This document shows positions 63,606-64,000 of a stretch of DNA of 64,000 bases, piece after piece (position 1 is the stretch's first letter; each line of letters opens with the position of its first letter). This DNA is from a virus: positions 2,563-66,562 of IMG/VR virus record IMGVR_UViG_3300011443_000014. One strand, 5' to 3'. The notes below the pieces were generated by a model. That model saw nothing but the letters and a program-made list of their open reading frames with translations. It searched no databases and was not told where the DNA came from. The translations under genes were made by a program, and so were the position numbers.

Positions 63606-64000
63606 GGGTCCTCCAAGGTGATGGTCCGCGCGACTCCGGTGTACGCCACCGTTCGGGCGACCGACTCTGGTGTGGTGACGGTGCGGGCCGTCCCGGTGTA
63701 CGTCACCGTTCGGATCGCCGCCGTGGCCGCAACCGTCGTGACGACCGGCGTGTGCGCCACGCTGGTCACGTCGACGCCGGCCGGGAAGGTGCCGCCAATT
63801 TCCCCTTCGACCGTCAGGGCCTCGAGGACGGCGGCCACCGATCCGGCGATCGGGACTGTTCCCGCCGCGGCCGATGTCGCCGCGCCGAGCGACTGGCTTC
63901 CGTTACCCGTGACCGGCAGGGTCCCCGCCGCCGCCAGCGTGGCCTGGCCGAGGGTCCTAGTTGTCGTGCCGGCGACCGCGACGGTCCCGGCCCCCGCGCC
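63602..64000 (-). CDS. C-terminal part of a Gly/Ala/Thr-rich fibre-like protein (runs off right edge)
   Basis: Frame open to 64000; ~20-aa repeats AGTVAVAG..LGQATLA / AGTLPVTG..LGAATSA / AGTVPIAG..LEALT. Confidence 0.75.
   Translation of the reverse strand, partial: GAGAGTVAVAGTTTRTLGQATLAAAGTLPVTGNGSQSLGAATSAAAGTVPIAGSVAAVLEALTVEGEIGGTFPAGVDVTSVAHTPVVTTVAATAAIRTVTYTGTARTVTTPESVARTVAYTGVARTITLEDP

Larger units (their letters stand above)
1..64000 (-). mobile_element. Tailed dsDNA bacteriophage genome segment (siphovirus-like), probably circularly permuted
   Basis: Complete head-neck-tail, packaging, lysis, replication and recombination modules; essentially all genes on the minus strand; no host housekeeping genes; both window ends fall in fibre-like ORFs. 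Confidence 0.95.

Noticed and set aside
1-64000. tRNA, rRNA or known riboswitch genes
   Set aside because: No cloverleaf or recognisable consensus seen; intergenic space is minimal. A tRNAscan/Infernal run would be needed to exclude them formally

Overview
The window is most likely a large part of a circularly permuted genome of a GC-rich tailed dsDNA phage, siphovirus-like because it has a tape measure and tail tube but no sheath. Almost all genes lie on the minus strand, with many ATGA/GTGA/TGATG couplings. Reading right to left: the tail end of a fibre-like gene and an expanded lysis cassette (60.5-64 kb); small early genes driven by three near-identical sigma70-type promoters plus one degenerate copy (49-60 kb); recombination and replication genes (Rad52/Mgm101-like, PD-(D/E)xK nuclease, initiator, DnaB, RusA); a DNA-modification cluster (three methyltransferases, two ParB-N paralogs); TerS, TerL, DUF4055-type portal, a 1597-aa MuF fusion, scaffold, P22-like coat, neck genes, a methyltransferase/glycosyltransferase pair, tail tube, frameshifted chaperone, tape measure, tail tip and four large fibre/adhesin-like genes, three of them with signal peptides. 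I saw no integrase, repressor, DNA polymerase, tRNA, CRISPR array or reverse transcriptase. Strongest leads: (1) MuF fused to three degenerate ParB/Srx-like domains, a PI3/4K-HipA-like kinase and a DarT-like ADP-ribosyltransferase, with a coupled candidate immunity gene; (2) a Ycf46-like AAA+ ATPase whose Walker B segment is transposed in front of Walker A, linked to DUF1257/DUF2997-like genes; (3) two small proteins carrying isolated fragments of the phage's own capsid and tail-tube folds, possibly decoys; (4) apparently secreted, partly Cys-rich fibre proteins; (5) a virion-glycosylation-like gene pair inside the head-tail operon. All family assignments come from reading motifs by eye, not from database searches.
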